Source: Phycisphaerae bacterium (lineage in GTDB: Bacteria > Planctomycetota > Phycisphaerae > UBA1845 > Fen-1342). Taken from it: a stretch of DNA of 64,000 nucleotides. Location: the NCBI GenBank assembly GCA_050115495.1, contig JASFQK010000005.1, positions 1 through 64,000 on the forward strand. The letters run 5' to 3'. Shown here piece after piece: positions 48,978 through 59,292 of the stretch (position 1 is its first letter; every line of letters begins with the position of its first letter). Under the pieces are notes generated by a model. It did not search any database, was not told where the DNA came from, and was given only the letters and a program-made list of their open reading frames with translations. The translations under genes and the position numbers were made by a program.

Positions 48978-50553
48978 TCAGAAAAACAACGTCCAGCCGC
49001 CGAGATGCTCGGCCAGATCTCGCCACTGCGTCGAAAACCTCTACGCGAACCTTCCTGTCCCCGTAGCCAGTGCAACCATCTGCGACCCTATCTGCTTACA
49101 TGAAACCTCCATTCTGAGCCCGCGAATGGGCACGATCGAACTCGTTTCTTGAGTTGACCGTGCCCAATTCATAGCGGTTGCTCAAATGAAACCCTCGAAG
49201 AAAACCGCCGTGCGCATCGTGCACGTCCATCTTCGTCGCCGCTTCGTTGCCAGATGACATCCGCTCGCCAGAGCAAATCTCACCCGACCACGTCGCTCTC
49301 TTGCCAAAGAACCGGCCAGGGACCATCACAAACAAAGCTTGCTCTGCCCTGCCCTGGCCGGCACGCCATCGAGACGGGTTAAACCCGTCGCCGCTTTCGT
49401 CGTCGCATCCGTATCCGGCACCACCCGGACACGCGAACGACTCCGCCACTGCCTTGCAGCGGCTTCGCTCCACCGGCTCCAGCCGGCGGACTTCTACTGG
49501 CGGCACACTCCCACACTGCGGCATTTCAATCACCTGGCTGACCATCCGCGCCTCACGCGCGGAGCCAGGCACCGGGCACCACCCCGGCCGCCACAGTGCT
49601 TCCCGGATTAGTGCTGGTCTTCGCCCAATCGGTCACGTCGCTAGTGGGTGTTACCCCACGGGTCATCGTCGCACGTCTCAGGCTCCCGCCTGAGCGCAGT
49701 TTCCACGGGCAACCCGGCAAATCGCCGTGCTGCTTCGTGATTTCAGCAGGCCGAAACGAGAAGCACCCGCTTACCCATCGACAATGATCTTTCGCAGTTC
49801 GGCACCGTCTCCGACTGGATTCACTGGCAAGCCCTTGCGGGCCTTTCATGGTTGAGCTTTTCGCCGTCCGCCGTTTGAGCGGATCGCCGAACCCGGTCAC
49901 AGGTCCGGTCGCACGCGTCGCCGCGTCGCGAACTCCCCACGCCAGCCGAGGTTGAACGAGCCTGACGAGCTTTGCACCCGAATTGGTCCGCGCGCACGCG
50001 GACTATGGCCCGAACCCCCTGAACAGGATTCTCACCTGCTTTGACCAACACGGCCTGGCCGCCGACCGCTGCACGGTCGCCGGCCAGGTCTGTCTCCGTC
50101 GCCCCATTTCTGAAATGGAAAGAACATCGGATAGAACGCCGGGATTGCTCCTCGATTGGTGGTCGAGGCTTTAGTCCGACGAGCCTCCGTCGAACCGGAC
50201 AAGCCACTCTCATGGCATCCGGCTCTACGGGCCAACGCGTTGGCGGATGGTGAATTCCGCCGCCTTAGCCGAGGTGGTGAGCCCCGGTTTACCGGCCTGC
50301 GTCGCCCGTCTCGATGACGTCAGCCACGTTTTTCGTTACTGACGATTCGGGGGCCGAAGCCCCACGAGCCTAACGTAGCGTACTTGGAGATTTCCGTCAG
50401 CTACGTCGCGGAGCGGGCCGATCACGGTGCGCGATTCGGCGACGGGCACGTCAGAGGTTATGATGCCGCCTTGGCTGCCCAATGGCACGCTACTCGGGAC
50501 GGGATCCCGGCTCTGCGCGACCCCTGACCGAGCACTAGCTTGGATAGCGACAT

Positions 50554-51546
50554 ATGGCTCGCGAGCAGACAATACGAATCAACGGACACAACGTTGGCGT
50601 GCTCGACGTGTTCGTGATTGGCGGCAAGCGTCTGTTCGCCGTCGAGCGACTCAGCGGGATTCGTCCACGCTACAAGATCTTCGATCCGCGGGCCGGCGCG
50701 GCAGGCGACTATCGAGTGCTACAGATCCTACCGCATTCAGAACACGTGATGCAGTACGTCCACGTTCTGGCGCGCGTCTCCCAACACAACGGCAACTGCC
50801 CGACAATTCTCGATTTCGAGGCCCGCGATGGCCGCATCTTCGTGCTATTACAGTGGGTCGCAGGGCCGACACTCGGCCACTACCTGCGCCGCTCGCGTGA
50901 CCATCGTAACCCAGGGCTGAGCATCTACGAGGCCATTCGGTTGTTTCACGGGTTCGCCCACGGACTGACGCAGCTTAGCCATCGCAAGAACATTGTGCAC
51001 GGTGACCTACACCCCGAGAACCTCGTTATCTGCCGCGAGCCCAACCGGCTAGTCATGCTCGATTTTGGCAGCGCCTGGTTGGTCGAGCGATTGGCCCGCC
51101 GTCGACCGTCCGACGGCGTGCATCACGTCTATGCGGCCCCGGAACTGCTCACCAGTGAACGCCGCCTCGTGGACTTCCGGGCTGATCAGTTCTCCGCATC
51201 GGTCATCTACTACGAGATGCTCACTGGCCGCGTGCCCTATGAGGGCGTCGGCGGCCAGGCCGGGCTCGACGGGTTCGAGTCTTACCGCGAACTTGTCCCG
51301 CCGAGCGTGGCTTGCCCTGATCGCAAACTGCTCCCCGCACAGGTTTGGGAGAAGATTGACGCAGCGGCGATGCGCGGACTGGCGCTGGCCCCCAAGCAGC
51401 GGTTTCGCAATCGCCGCGAGTGGTTGGGGGCGCTGGGCGACGTGAAATACGCCCTGGAGAAGTCCGACCGTCTGGACGAGGAGGACGTCTTCCTGATCCG
51501 CATCATCCGCTGGTTGAACCGGTTGTTCCCGCAGCGAAGATCCTGA
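50554..51546 (+). CDS. Atypical Ser/Thr protein kinase
   Basis: IVHGDLHPENL, LDFGSA, YAAPE, DQFS, YEMLTGRVPY. Confidence 0.85.
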   Translation: MAREQTIRINGHNVGVLDVFVIGGKRLFAVERLSGIRPRYKIFDPRAGAAGDYRVLQILPHSEHVMQYVHVLARVSQHNGNCPTILDFEARDGRIFVLLQWVAGPTLGHYLRRSRDHRNPGLSIYEAIRLFHGFAHGLTQLSHRKNIVHGDLHPENLVICREPNRLVMLDFGSAWLVERLARRRPSDGVHHVYAAPELLTSERRLVDFRADQFSASVIYYEMLTGRVPYEGVGGQAGLDGFESYRELVPPSVACPDRKLLPAQVWEKIDAAAMRGLALAPKQRFRNRREWLGALGDVKYALEKSDRLDEEDVFLIRIIRWLNRLFPQRRS

Positions 51547-51579
51547 CACGCTGCGATATCATTCGTCGTCGTCGTAGTC

Positions 51580-52704
51580 CTAGTCGTCCCCATCGTCATA
51601 CAACCCTTTCTCATACGCCTTCTCGTGTGGCGGAATCCAACGAAACCGATCGCCACACTTGCTGTGGTATTTCCGCGAGTCCACGCCACTGATCGTATGC
51701 GGCTTGATTATCCGCCCGCGCTGCCGATGCTCGGTCTCACCGGGTCGATGGACGAACGGCTTGCCCAACTTGCAGTGTCGGCACATGCCCTGGTGATTCG
51801 GATAGGCAGGTGCAGCCTTGCGCTCCTGCCAACCACAGACCATCTGCCTGGCCATTGTCAGGCCGTTACGCAGAGGCGTCCAAGAGCCCGGTGAATCCAT
51901 TGCCACGGCGATACCTTCATAAGACCCATCACCAAACAGGACGATGCCATATGGGCTCTCTGCACCCTCACACTTCTCCAGCAGGTGGCAGTACGCCGCC
52001 ATGCGCGCATAGTGCTGCCGGTACAGCCTGCGCTGGTCTCCCCCCACGGACGTGCGCTTCCGAAACACCGGGATGCGCAGCGAGCCCCGGCGTAGGACGC
52101 GCCAAGGCCGCCCCGCGAGACGCCAGGGCTCAAACCGCAACGGCTCCTTGTAGACGATCGACTCGAAACCCGCCCGCCACAACGACCACCAGTTGACGGC
52201 CTGGTTTTCACGCTGCTCGGGATTGGGCTCCCTTGGCTCCGCTTTCTGTGCAAGATCCCGGATGGCGCCAAGCTCCTCAATCTGCCCACGGTGCGTTTCG
52301 ATAGAGCCCCACAGCCTTACGACGAGAATCATCGCAGTCAGCAACAGGCCGCCCAGCGGTATCATGGCGTAGAGCACACTCCAGGTAATCACGCCGATAA
52401 TGAGCGCCGACAACACCGCGATGATCCCAACAACCCGCAGTGCAGCCAGACGATTCTTCAGCGCTGCAAGCTCTGACTTGACCTGTTCGGTTAGCAAGTT
52501 GAGGGCACGCTCAATCGAGTGCATCTCCCAACGCGGAATGTAATCAAGGCGCGGTCCCCGATCCTCCGCTTCGACACCTTGGTCTTCGTCCTGCTCTTCG
52601 TAGGCCATCAGCCCTGCCCGGGGACAGAAGACGAATTCCGTGAGCACGTGAACGCCAATCCAGGGATCGTCCGAGCGAGCATCCAGTGGACTATTGCGCG
52701 CCAT
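51580..52704 (-). CDS. Cas4-like (Fe-S PD-(D/E)XK fold) protein with inserted transmembrane hairpin and degenerate active site
   Basis: LTEFVFCPR, LAGRPW, IPVFRK, HYARMAAYCHLLE, YGIVLF, CRHC...C; hydrophobic segment VVGIIAVLSALIIGVITWSVLYAMIPLGGLLLTAMILVV. Confidence 0.6.
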   Translation of the reverse strand: MARNSPLDARSDDPWIGVHVLTEFVFCPRAGLMAYEEQDEDQGVEAEDRGPRLDYIPRWEMHSIERALNLLTEQVKSELAALKNRLAALRVVGIIAVLSALIIGVITWSVLYAMIPLGGLLLTAMILVVRLWGSIETHRGQIEELGAIRDLAQKAEPREPNPEQRENQAVNWWSLWRAGFESIVYKEPLRFEPWRLAGRPWRVLRRGSLRIPVFRKRTSVGGDQRRLYRQHYARMAAYCHLLEKCEGAESPYGIVLFGDGSYEGIAVAMDSPGSWTPLRNGLTMARQMVCGWQERKAAPAYPNHQGMCRHCKLGKPFVHRPGETEHRQRGRIIKPHTISGVDSRKYHSKCGDRFRWIPPHEKAYEKGLYDDGDD

Positions 52705-52729
52705 ACACATCTCCCCACTTCATCGTTTC

Positions 52730-53797
52730 TCACCAGATTCTCAAAACCTTGAGCACGGCCCCTACACTCCCAGGTCGCTTGCTCGCCGGCTGAAGGCAGG
52801 ACTTAGCCACGCGTCGCACTTTAGCTGGAAGCCCCACTGCATCCAGCGTGCGGCTCGCGCTGCCAGGGTTCAAACGCGCGTCCCCAGAGGCTGCATGCGC
52901 CACGATCATGGCCCAACTAAACAGGTCACTGTTTTTCTGCGATTTGCCTCCGTACACTTCAGGGGCACGATAGGGATCGTCGGGCCATTCGTCCGTGGCG
53001 ACCGTAGGACTCCCGTCCAGTAGCTTGGCGAGCTCGAAGTCGGTCAGGATCGCTCCACTTTTCGTCAGAAAGATGAAGCGAGGCGACAGTTCGCGCCGAA
53101 TGACGTCGGCCTTGTGCAACGCCTCCAGCCCCAGCGCGACATCCACCATGAGCTGGCGCAGCTCATCGAGCGGTAACGGTCCGCGCTCAATTCGCCGATC
53201 GAGCCGTTCCCCCTCGATCCACTCATCCACGACCCACCAGCAGTGTTTCGTGGTTCCGTCCGGCATGACACCGTAGTTGCGAGCGATATTCAAGTGGGCA
53301 CCCACGCGATCGCATACCTCCGCGTGCCGTGCGACGAGATATCCCTGAAAGTCATACTGGTGCTTCGATGAAAGATGGCTGAGGTCGTAGAACTTGCCGC
53401 GGCCGACCCGGTTGCGAACGTGCCTGTGCTCCAGCTTCTGGACCCGCCACTGCAACCCATTCGGAGCCACCGTGTACGGCTCGGGCGGTCCGATGCAACG
53501 CCACTGGTTAATGACGGTCGAGCGACTCTCGGATTCACCCGCTCCCACCAAGTCAGCGATCGACAGAGGCTCGTCGAGTATGAGGTTCAGTTTCTCAACC
53601 AATAGCCGTACTGTTTTTGGACCGACCGGTTTGCCACTCTCCGCTGTCACAACCGTCGTCCGCGATATTTCGGGAATCGACTGCTTGTGCCCCAACGTCG
53701 CAAGATCATCCTGCGTCAGCCCCAGATCTACGCGGAGCTTCCGCAGTCGCGCAAGAACGTAAGAGGGACGCTGGTTGCAGACCCGCACAGTGTCCAT
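52730..53797 (-). CDS. XRE-type HTH fused to a kinase-like (probable pseudokinase) domain
   Basis: LRKLRVDLGLTQDDLA...ISRTTVVTAESG; VVDEWIEG, LHKADVIRRELSPRFI, TDFELAK, YRAPE. Confidence 0.8.
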   Translation of the reverse strand: MDTVRVCNQRPSYVLARLRKLRVDLGLTQDDLATLGHKQSIPEISRTTVVTAESGKPVGPKTVRLLVEKLNLILDEPLSIADLVGAGESESRSTVINQWRCIGPPEPYTVAPNGLQWRVQKLEHRHVRNRVGRGKFYDLSHLSSKHQYDFQGYLVARHAEVCDRVGAHLNIARNYGVMPDGTTKHCWWVVDEWIEGERLDRRIERGPLPLDELRQLMVDVALGLEALHKADVIRRELSPRFIFLTKSGAILTDFELAKLLDGSPTVATDEWPDDPYRAPEVYGGKSQKNSDLFSWAMIVAHAASGDARLNPGSASRTLDAVGLPAKVRRVAKSCLQPASKRPGSVGAVLKVLRIW

Positions 53798-54203
53798 CGG
53801 TTTATTGCCTTTCTGTGCGCACATAGAGCGCCCTTTTGCCGGTCATTGTACCGACTGTGCAGCACCATTATGCCAGAATCAATCCCATCAGCAAACACAT
53901 GTAGGAGCTAGAGGATGGTGGACCGTTGCCACGATACTCAGAACAGGCACACAAGCACGCTTGTGAATCGCTGCAAAGGCGGTTGGATCCCGGCGCCCCA
54001 ACGCACATCGCAAGATCATCGTGCCCAGTCGATCCGATTCCGACAATATCGCCCCGCGCCCCGCGCTGGCGGCGCGAATCCACTGGCCGGCAATCGCGCT
54101 CACTTGCGTCCTCATAGGCGGCGCGCACTCGGTTGCACGCGACCGCTGCCACTCGTTGCCTCGCTCAATCACGCTCTCAGGATGTCAGTCAGGAGTCTGA
54201 GTC

Positions 54204-54758
54204 ATGCTGATACCGTTTCAGTCACGCGCAAGGCGGCCCGCAGTACGTCCGGCCCGATGCAGTCATACGGCAGTGTGGATGCTGGTCGGCCTACTGAGCG
54301 TGTGGGTTATCATCACAGTGAAACTGCCGCCGCGTCTCATCACACTCAACGTATCACCGAGCATCGCTCCCGGCTTCTACATCGCAGTCAGGGCCAGCCC
54401 CGCGGTGGGCTCGTTCGTTGAGTTTCCACTACCGCAGGCATTCCGCGACACATTGCCCGGGTGCGCTGTATGCGCTCGCCAAGACGCGCTCATTCTGAAG
54501 CCAATCGCTGCCGGGCCGGGTGACCGCGTGGACACCACCGGCGCCCGACTGGTGATCAATGGCGTGCCGTTGGCACCGATCCGAACGCAGGATTCACAGG
54601 GTCACCCCGTTCCCGTTTGGAGGGCCAATCGTGTGCTCGGCGAGGACGAGTACTTCGCCTTCAGTGCGCGTGTTCCCAACAGCCTGGACTCGCGCTACTT
54701 CGGCCCAATTCAACGGAGTGACATCGTCGCGCTGCGAGCGCCGCTGGTTACCTGGTAA
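54204..54758 (+). CDS. traF: Conjugative S26 peptidase (pilin processing)
   Basis: NVSPSIAPGFY, LKPIAAGPGD, SLDSRYFGPI. Start uncertain. Confidence 0.88.
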   Translation: MLIPFQSRARRPAVRPARCSHTAVWMLVGLLSVWVIITVKLPPRLITLNVSPSIAPGFYIAVRASPAVGSFVEFPLPQAFRDTLPGCAVCARQDALILKPIAAGPGDRVDTTGARLVINGVPLAPIRTQDSQGHPVPVWRANRVLGEDEYFAFSARVPNSLDSRYFGPIQRSDIVALRAPLVTW

Positions 54759-54831
54759 CCGTGTTTGCCGCGTGGCACTGCAGAGACAACGAAGGATCGA
54801 ATTCATGAGCAAAACCATGTCCAAATCGGAA

Positions 54832-54880
54832 GGCAAGATAAAACGGCAGCCTCTCTGCCGCTCCATGTTTTTGTCCCGCC
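54832..54880. other. Candidate oriT
   Basis: Nested inverted repeats between traF and the relaxase; minus-strand TATCTTGC resembles the MOBP nick motif TATCCTGC. Confidence 0.4.
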
Positions 54881-54962
54881 GTGAGTTACCGGGAGGCACC
54901 CTCGGTCTTGAGACTCTTGTGCAGGCTAACCCGTTGTCACGGAGTTGATTGGAGAGACTCTC

Positions 54963-56981
54963 ATGTCTGCTCAGCCACACGATGACCTAGAGCCACGGCG
55001 AATCGGCCGCTCCACGCGAAGAGGCATGACGCCCGCGAAACGGGCTCATGTCGGCAGCGGCGGTGCGCTACGCGGCCGCGGAACGAGCAGTGCGGGTAGA
55101 CGTGGTTTTGGGGCGTCCAACGCACCCGCGCTTCCGCAACGCGTGGTCGTCAAGGTGCGCATCGTTCGCCACCGTTCGCCCGCCAAAGGGCGCGGTTCGT
55201 TACGGGCTCACCTCAGCTACCTCTCTCGCGAGGCCGTCACGCGCGACCCTGGAAGCGGCCGCTTCTACGATGCTGCCAGTAACGACCTAGACGCGAAGGT
55301 AGCAACGCGTCCTTGGCGTGACGATCGCCACCACTTTCGCATCATACTGAGCCCGGAAAACGCTCACCAGATACCTGACCTGAGCGCCTTCACGCGCGAG
55401 GTCATGCGCCGCGTGGAACGAGATCTCGGACCGCTCGAATGGATCGCCGTCAACCACCGCAATACCGACAATCCGCACACACACCAGCTCTACAGGGGAC
55501 GAGCACACAACGGTGCGGACCTCGTCATTTCCCGCGAGTACATCTCGCACGGAATCCGCGATCGAGCCGCCGACGTCGCAACCGAATGGCTTGGCGAGCG
55601 AACGCGCGAGCAAGCGCAGATGGCGCTGGCAACGGAGATTCTGGCCGAGCGGTACACCAGCCTCGACCGTGCGCTCGCGCGCTTCGCGAGTCGCAGCGGT
55701 AACGTGCTCACGATCACCCTCCAACAGGTAACGCTAGGGCGCTTTGCACTGACCACACGCGAGATGCTGGCCGGGCGACTGGAGTTCCTGACGCAGCTTG
55801 GCCTGGCCGAGCACGCCACCCGCAGACCAGGCCAGTCTCGCGGCCATGACCGCACATGGACGCTCGCCCCCGACTTCCAGCCCCGATTGCGCGAACTCGG
55901 CGAACGCAATGACATTGTCAAACAGCTCTACGGCACGCTCGGGCCGCGGGCCGCCCGCGTGGCACCGCAAATCCAGCGTTTGTCGATAACAGCCAATGAA
56001 GAAGGACCGCCGACAGCGTCGGTGCGCGGCCTGCTCATCGCCAAGGGCGCCATAGACGAAACCGGCGACACGCGTTTCGTCGTGGTTGAAGATCGTCACG
56101 GCACGCCGCACTACGCGCGCGTCTGGTCCGACCAAGCCATCGATGCGGCAGAGGTCGGTTGCGTCGTTGAGGCAGGGCGCAGCGCGCACCGGCGTCAGGC
56201 TCTGCTACAGGAAGTCATCTCAGTCGCACATGCTCACACGGACTCCTTGTACTCCACCGGCGCCCACCGACAGTGGCTTCGCGAACATCGCTCCGATTTG
56301 TCCGCTGAACGGATCGAGCACCGGTTGCGGAATTGCTCGAAAGTGGTCGCTGGCCTGGCACGCCAGCGTAATTCCGGCGTTACGCGCGCTGCAGACAACG
56401 CCGTGAAACTCGATGACGAATTGCTTCGGCGTTTCACGACGCGAGCCGCTCGTCATCTCGATGTGCGTGTGCTGGCGGCCAATTCGCTTGCAACGCAGAC
56501 CGTCGCCGAGGCCTACACCTGGCTCGATCGGCAAATCATCCGCGAACGACTCAAGGGCGGCCTACCCGACAATGACATTGCACGTTTGCCGGCGGTGCGT
56601 GACGCCATGGCGAAGCGCGCCGATTGGCTCATTATGCGCGGCTTCGCCGAGCGTGACCCGGAAGCGCCATACGGAAGCGCGGTTCGCTTTCACTATGGTG
56701 CTACAGAACAACTCAAGATGCTGGAACACCGCGAGTTCGCAAACCGCTGCAAGCAGCGTTTCGGCAAGAGCGTTTCCTTCCTGCGACCCCGCGACACCCT
56801 CAAGGGCGTGTACTGTGGAACGGCTTACCTTCACCGCGGCGTGTACGCGCTGGTCGCTACGAAACAACAGCTCTTCGCGGCCCCGGTTTCCCGTGAGCCC
56901 CGCATCGATCGCGGCCGATCAGTAACCGCCCGTGTCGTCGCGCGCAACCACACGAAATGGGACTTCGGATTGGATAGATGA
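54963..56981 (+). CDS. VirD2/RlxS-like (MOBP, DUF3363-type) relaxase
   Basis: QRVVVKVRIV, HLSYLSRE, DRHHFRIILSPE, HRNTDNPHTH, DLVISREYISHGIR, LRELGERNDI, TWLDRQ. Confidence 0.9.
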   Translation: MSAQPHDDLEPRRIGRSTRRGMTPAKRAHVGSGGALRGRGTSSAGRRGFGASNAPALPQRVVVKVRIVRHRSPAKGRGSLRAHLSYLSREAVTRDPGSGRFYDAASNDLDAKVATRPWRDDRHHFRIILSPENAHQIPDLSAFTREVMRRVERDLGPLEWIAVNHRNTDNPHTHQLYRGRAHNGADLVISREYISHGIRDRAADVATEWLGERTREQAQMALATEILAERYTSLDRALARFASRSGNVLTITLQQVTLGRFALTTREMLAGRLEFLTQLGLAEHATRRPGQSRGHDRTWTLAPDFQPRLRELGERNDIVKQLYGTLGPRAARVAPQIQRLSITANEEGPPTASVRGLLIAKGAIDETGDTRFVVVEDRHGTPHYARVWSDQAIDAAEVGCVVEAGRSAHRRQALLQEVISVAHAHTDSLYSTGAHRQWLREHRSDLSAERIEHRLRNCSKVVAGLARQRNSGVTRAADNAVKLDDELLRRFTTRAARHLDVRVLAANSLATQTVAEAYTWLDRQIIRERLKGGLPDNDIARLPAVRDAMAKRADWLIMRGFAERDPEAPYGSAVRFHYGATEQLKMLEHREFANRCKQRFGKSVSFLRPRDTLKGVYCGTAYLHRGVYALVATKQQLFAAPVSREPRIDRGRSVTARVVARNHTKWDFGLDR

Positions 56982-58864
56982 TCATGAGACATGTCACAGC
57001 ATTTGCCATCATCTCGGCGGCCCTGGCCATAGGCATCGCCATCGCAACGCACTGCACCGCGCGGCGTTTGGGCAACCACAGCCTCGGTCATCGCGTCACG
57101 CTGGCAGGCGCGACGTTTTATCCCCCGTGGGACTTCTTCATCTGGCAGGCCAGGTGGGGCGCGGCCAAGCCGGCGGTCTTTCGCGACGCGCGCGCCATCA
57201 TCGCCGCCCATGGAGCAGGCGGCGTGCTACTCGTCGCGTTGCTCAGAGGACGCGCACCGGTCGTTCGGCCGATTGGCGCCGGTCAGTGGGCCACGCTCCG
57301 CTCAGTTCGACGTGCCGGCCTGCTCACCGGCAGTGGAACCGTTGTGGGACGTTACCGCGGGCGTCTGCTCACATACGCCGGTCCCGAACACCAACTCGTG
57401 GTCGGTGCTAGCCGCTCCGGAAAAGGCGTTGGTCATGTGATCCCCACACTACTCACCTGGCCTGAAAGCGCGGTGGTCCATGACATCAAAGGTGAGCTTT
57501 GGAAGATCACCGCCGGCTTCAGGGCGCGATTCTCGCACTGCCTCTTCTTCGACCCAACGCGACTCGATAGCGCCCGCTACAACCCACTGCTCGAAGTTCG
57601 TAAAGGGCAGAACGAGATTCGCGATGCGCAGAACATTGCGGAAATGCTGGTAAACCCGGACGGCTCCAAGGAGCAACTCGACGTCTGGGATCAGCACGCT
57701 TCGCAGCTCCTGGTCGCGCTGATCCTGCACGTGCTGTACACCGAGCCTGACGACCGCAAGCACCTCGGCGTCGTCCGCGAGCGTCTGCTCGACCTAAACA
57801 ACACATTCAAGGACATGATCGAGCTACCACACCGGCGCCATCCGTCCACTGGAATACCGGAACCGCACGCCGAAATCGCCCGTGTGGCCAAGGAACTTAT
57901 GCACCAGGCGCCACGATTCGCCGCAGGCGTGCGCGCCACAGCCGCCGGATATCTAGCCCTATTCGCCGACGAAACTGTCTGCCGCAACGTCGCGGTATCC
58001 GACTTTGCAGTCGCTGACCTCGTCTGCACCGAGCGCCCCGTGACGCTTTACATCCAACCGCCGCCATCCGACCTGCCCCGGTTGCGTCCGCTCACGCGGC
58101 TGATTTTCAACCAAATCTGGCGTGCCTTGCTCGACAAGCTCGACACTGACAATCGCGGGCGTCAGAAGCGGCATCGGCTCCTCGCGGAACTCGACGAGCT
58201 GGCAACCATGGGGCGAATGGAGTTCTTCTCGGTCAACCTGCGGCAGATGGCGGGCTACGGCATTAAGGCCCACATGGTCGTGCAGTCGTTCAACGACCTG
58301 ATCGAACGCTATGGTCCGCACCAGTCGATCATCGACAACTGCCATGTGATCACGGTCTTTGCGTGTGCTGACACAGTTACGCAACAACGTGTCAGCCAGA
58401 TGACCGGCGTGGCCGTGGAGTATCGCAGCAGCTACGGTCACCGGCGTCTGCCCTGGATTGCCGTTGACTCCATCCAGCAGGGCGAACAGGTACGTCCTCT
58501 GTTGCAGCCCGGCGACGTACGTTCGCTCCCCGGTGACGAACAACTTGTCTTCGTCACCGGTCACCCGCCGATTCGGGCGAAGAAGGTTCGGTACTACGCC
58601 GAGCGGGAATTCCGGCGGCGTGTGCTCCCACCGCCGGACCAGTCTGCCGGAGTTGACTCCCCGCGCGCTGCTGACCTCCATCCGGAGCACGGCGTACCGC
58701 AGGACTGGCTTGGCGAACGCGCGAAGGGACAACGTATCCCCAGCGACGAGATCTTCGATTCCAGCCAGCTCGACGACGAGGAGTGGATGCCACCGGGCGC
58801 GGTAGGTCTGACCGAGCAGCCCGGCTCTGACATGACAGGACACCAGGATCAGTACGCGCTATGA
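56978..58864 (+). CDS. traG: Type IV coupling protein TraG/VirD4
   Basis: SRSGKGVGHVIPTLLTW, DIKGE, YNPLLEV, LDEL, MAGYGIK. Confidence 0.93.
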   Translation: MIMRHVTAFAIISAALAIGIAIATHCTARRLGNHSLGHRVTLAGATFYPPWDFFIWQARWGAAKPAVFRDARAIIAAHGAGGVLLVALLRGRAPVVRPIGAGQWATLRSVRRAGLLTGSGTVVGRYRGRLLTYAGPEHQLVVGASRSGKGVGHVIPTLLTWPESAVVHDIKGELWKITAGFRARFSHCLFFDPTRLDSARYNPLLEVRKGQNEIRDAQNIAEMLVNPDGSKEQLDVWDQHASQLLVALILHVLYTEPDDRKHLGVVRERLLDLNNTFKDMIELPHRRHPSTGIPEPHAEIARVAKELMHQAPRFAAGVRATAAGYLALFADETVCRNVAVSDFAVADLVCTERPVTLYIQPPPSDLPRLRPLTRLIFNQIWRALLDKLDTDNRGRQKRHRLLAELDELATMGRMEFFSVNLRQMAGYGIKAHMVVQSFNDLIERYGPHQSIIDNCHVITVFACADTVTQQRVSQMTGVAVEYRSSYGHRRLPWIAVDSIQQGEQVRPLLQPGDVRSLPGDEQLVFVTGHPPIRAKKVRYYAEREFRRRVLPPPDQSAGVDSPRAADLHPEHGVPQDWLGERAKGQRIPSDEIFDSSQLDDEEWMPPGAVGLTEQPGSDMTGHQDQYAL

Positions 58865-59292
58865 GCAATATCCATCGGAAAATCCAGATGACCGTGCGGC
58901 TTGAACCGGAAGTGTTCCGCGCAGCGCGCGAGTTTGAGCGTCGCACCGGCACGCCGCGCTCGGTCCTTGTGGCCGAGGCCGCCAAACAAGTGCTGCTGCC
59001 CCCGCCGCATGAGTCGCCTGAAACGCGCATGGAGAATCTCTCCAGACGCGTACTGACGCGTCTGAACGGACTTGAGCACACCATTGGAACCGAACTTCAA
59101 ATCATCAAGGAGCTACTCGCGCTCGGCATGCGGGCCTATTTCAATCACACGCCCACCATCCCCGATTCGGAGCGTGAGACGGCATCACTTAGCGGCCGGG
59201 CACGTTTTGCCCGACTCGTCGGCCTGCTCAACCAGAACCTTCAGGATGGCGCGTCCATCCTCAATGACACGGAGCCACACGATGCAACCTGA
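58861..59292 (+). CDS. CopG/RHH-like protein between traG and trbB
   Basis: MTVRLEPE...RSVLVAEA; 'SGRARFARLV'; this position is typical of Tn4371-type tra regions. Confidence 0.75.
   Translation: MSNIHRKIQMTVRLEPEVFRAAREFERRTGTPRSVLVAEAAKQVLLPPPHESPETRMENLSRRVLTRLNGLEHTIGTELQIIKELLALGMRAYFNHTPTIPDSERETASLSGRARFARLVGLLNQNLQDGASILNDTEPHDAT

Noticed and set aside
51580..52704. CRISPR-Cas locus suggested by the Cas4-like gene
   Set aside because: No repeat-spacer array and no cas1/cas2 or effector genes seen in the window.
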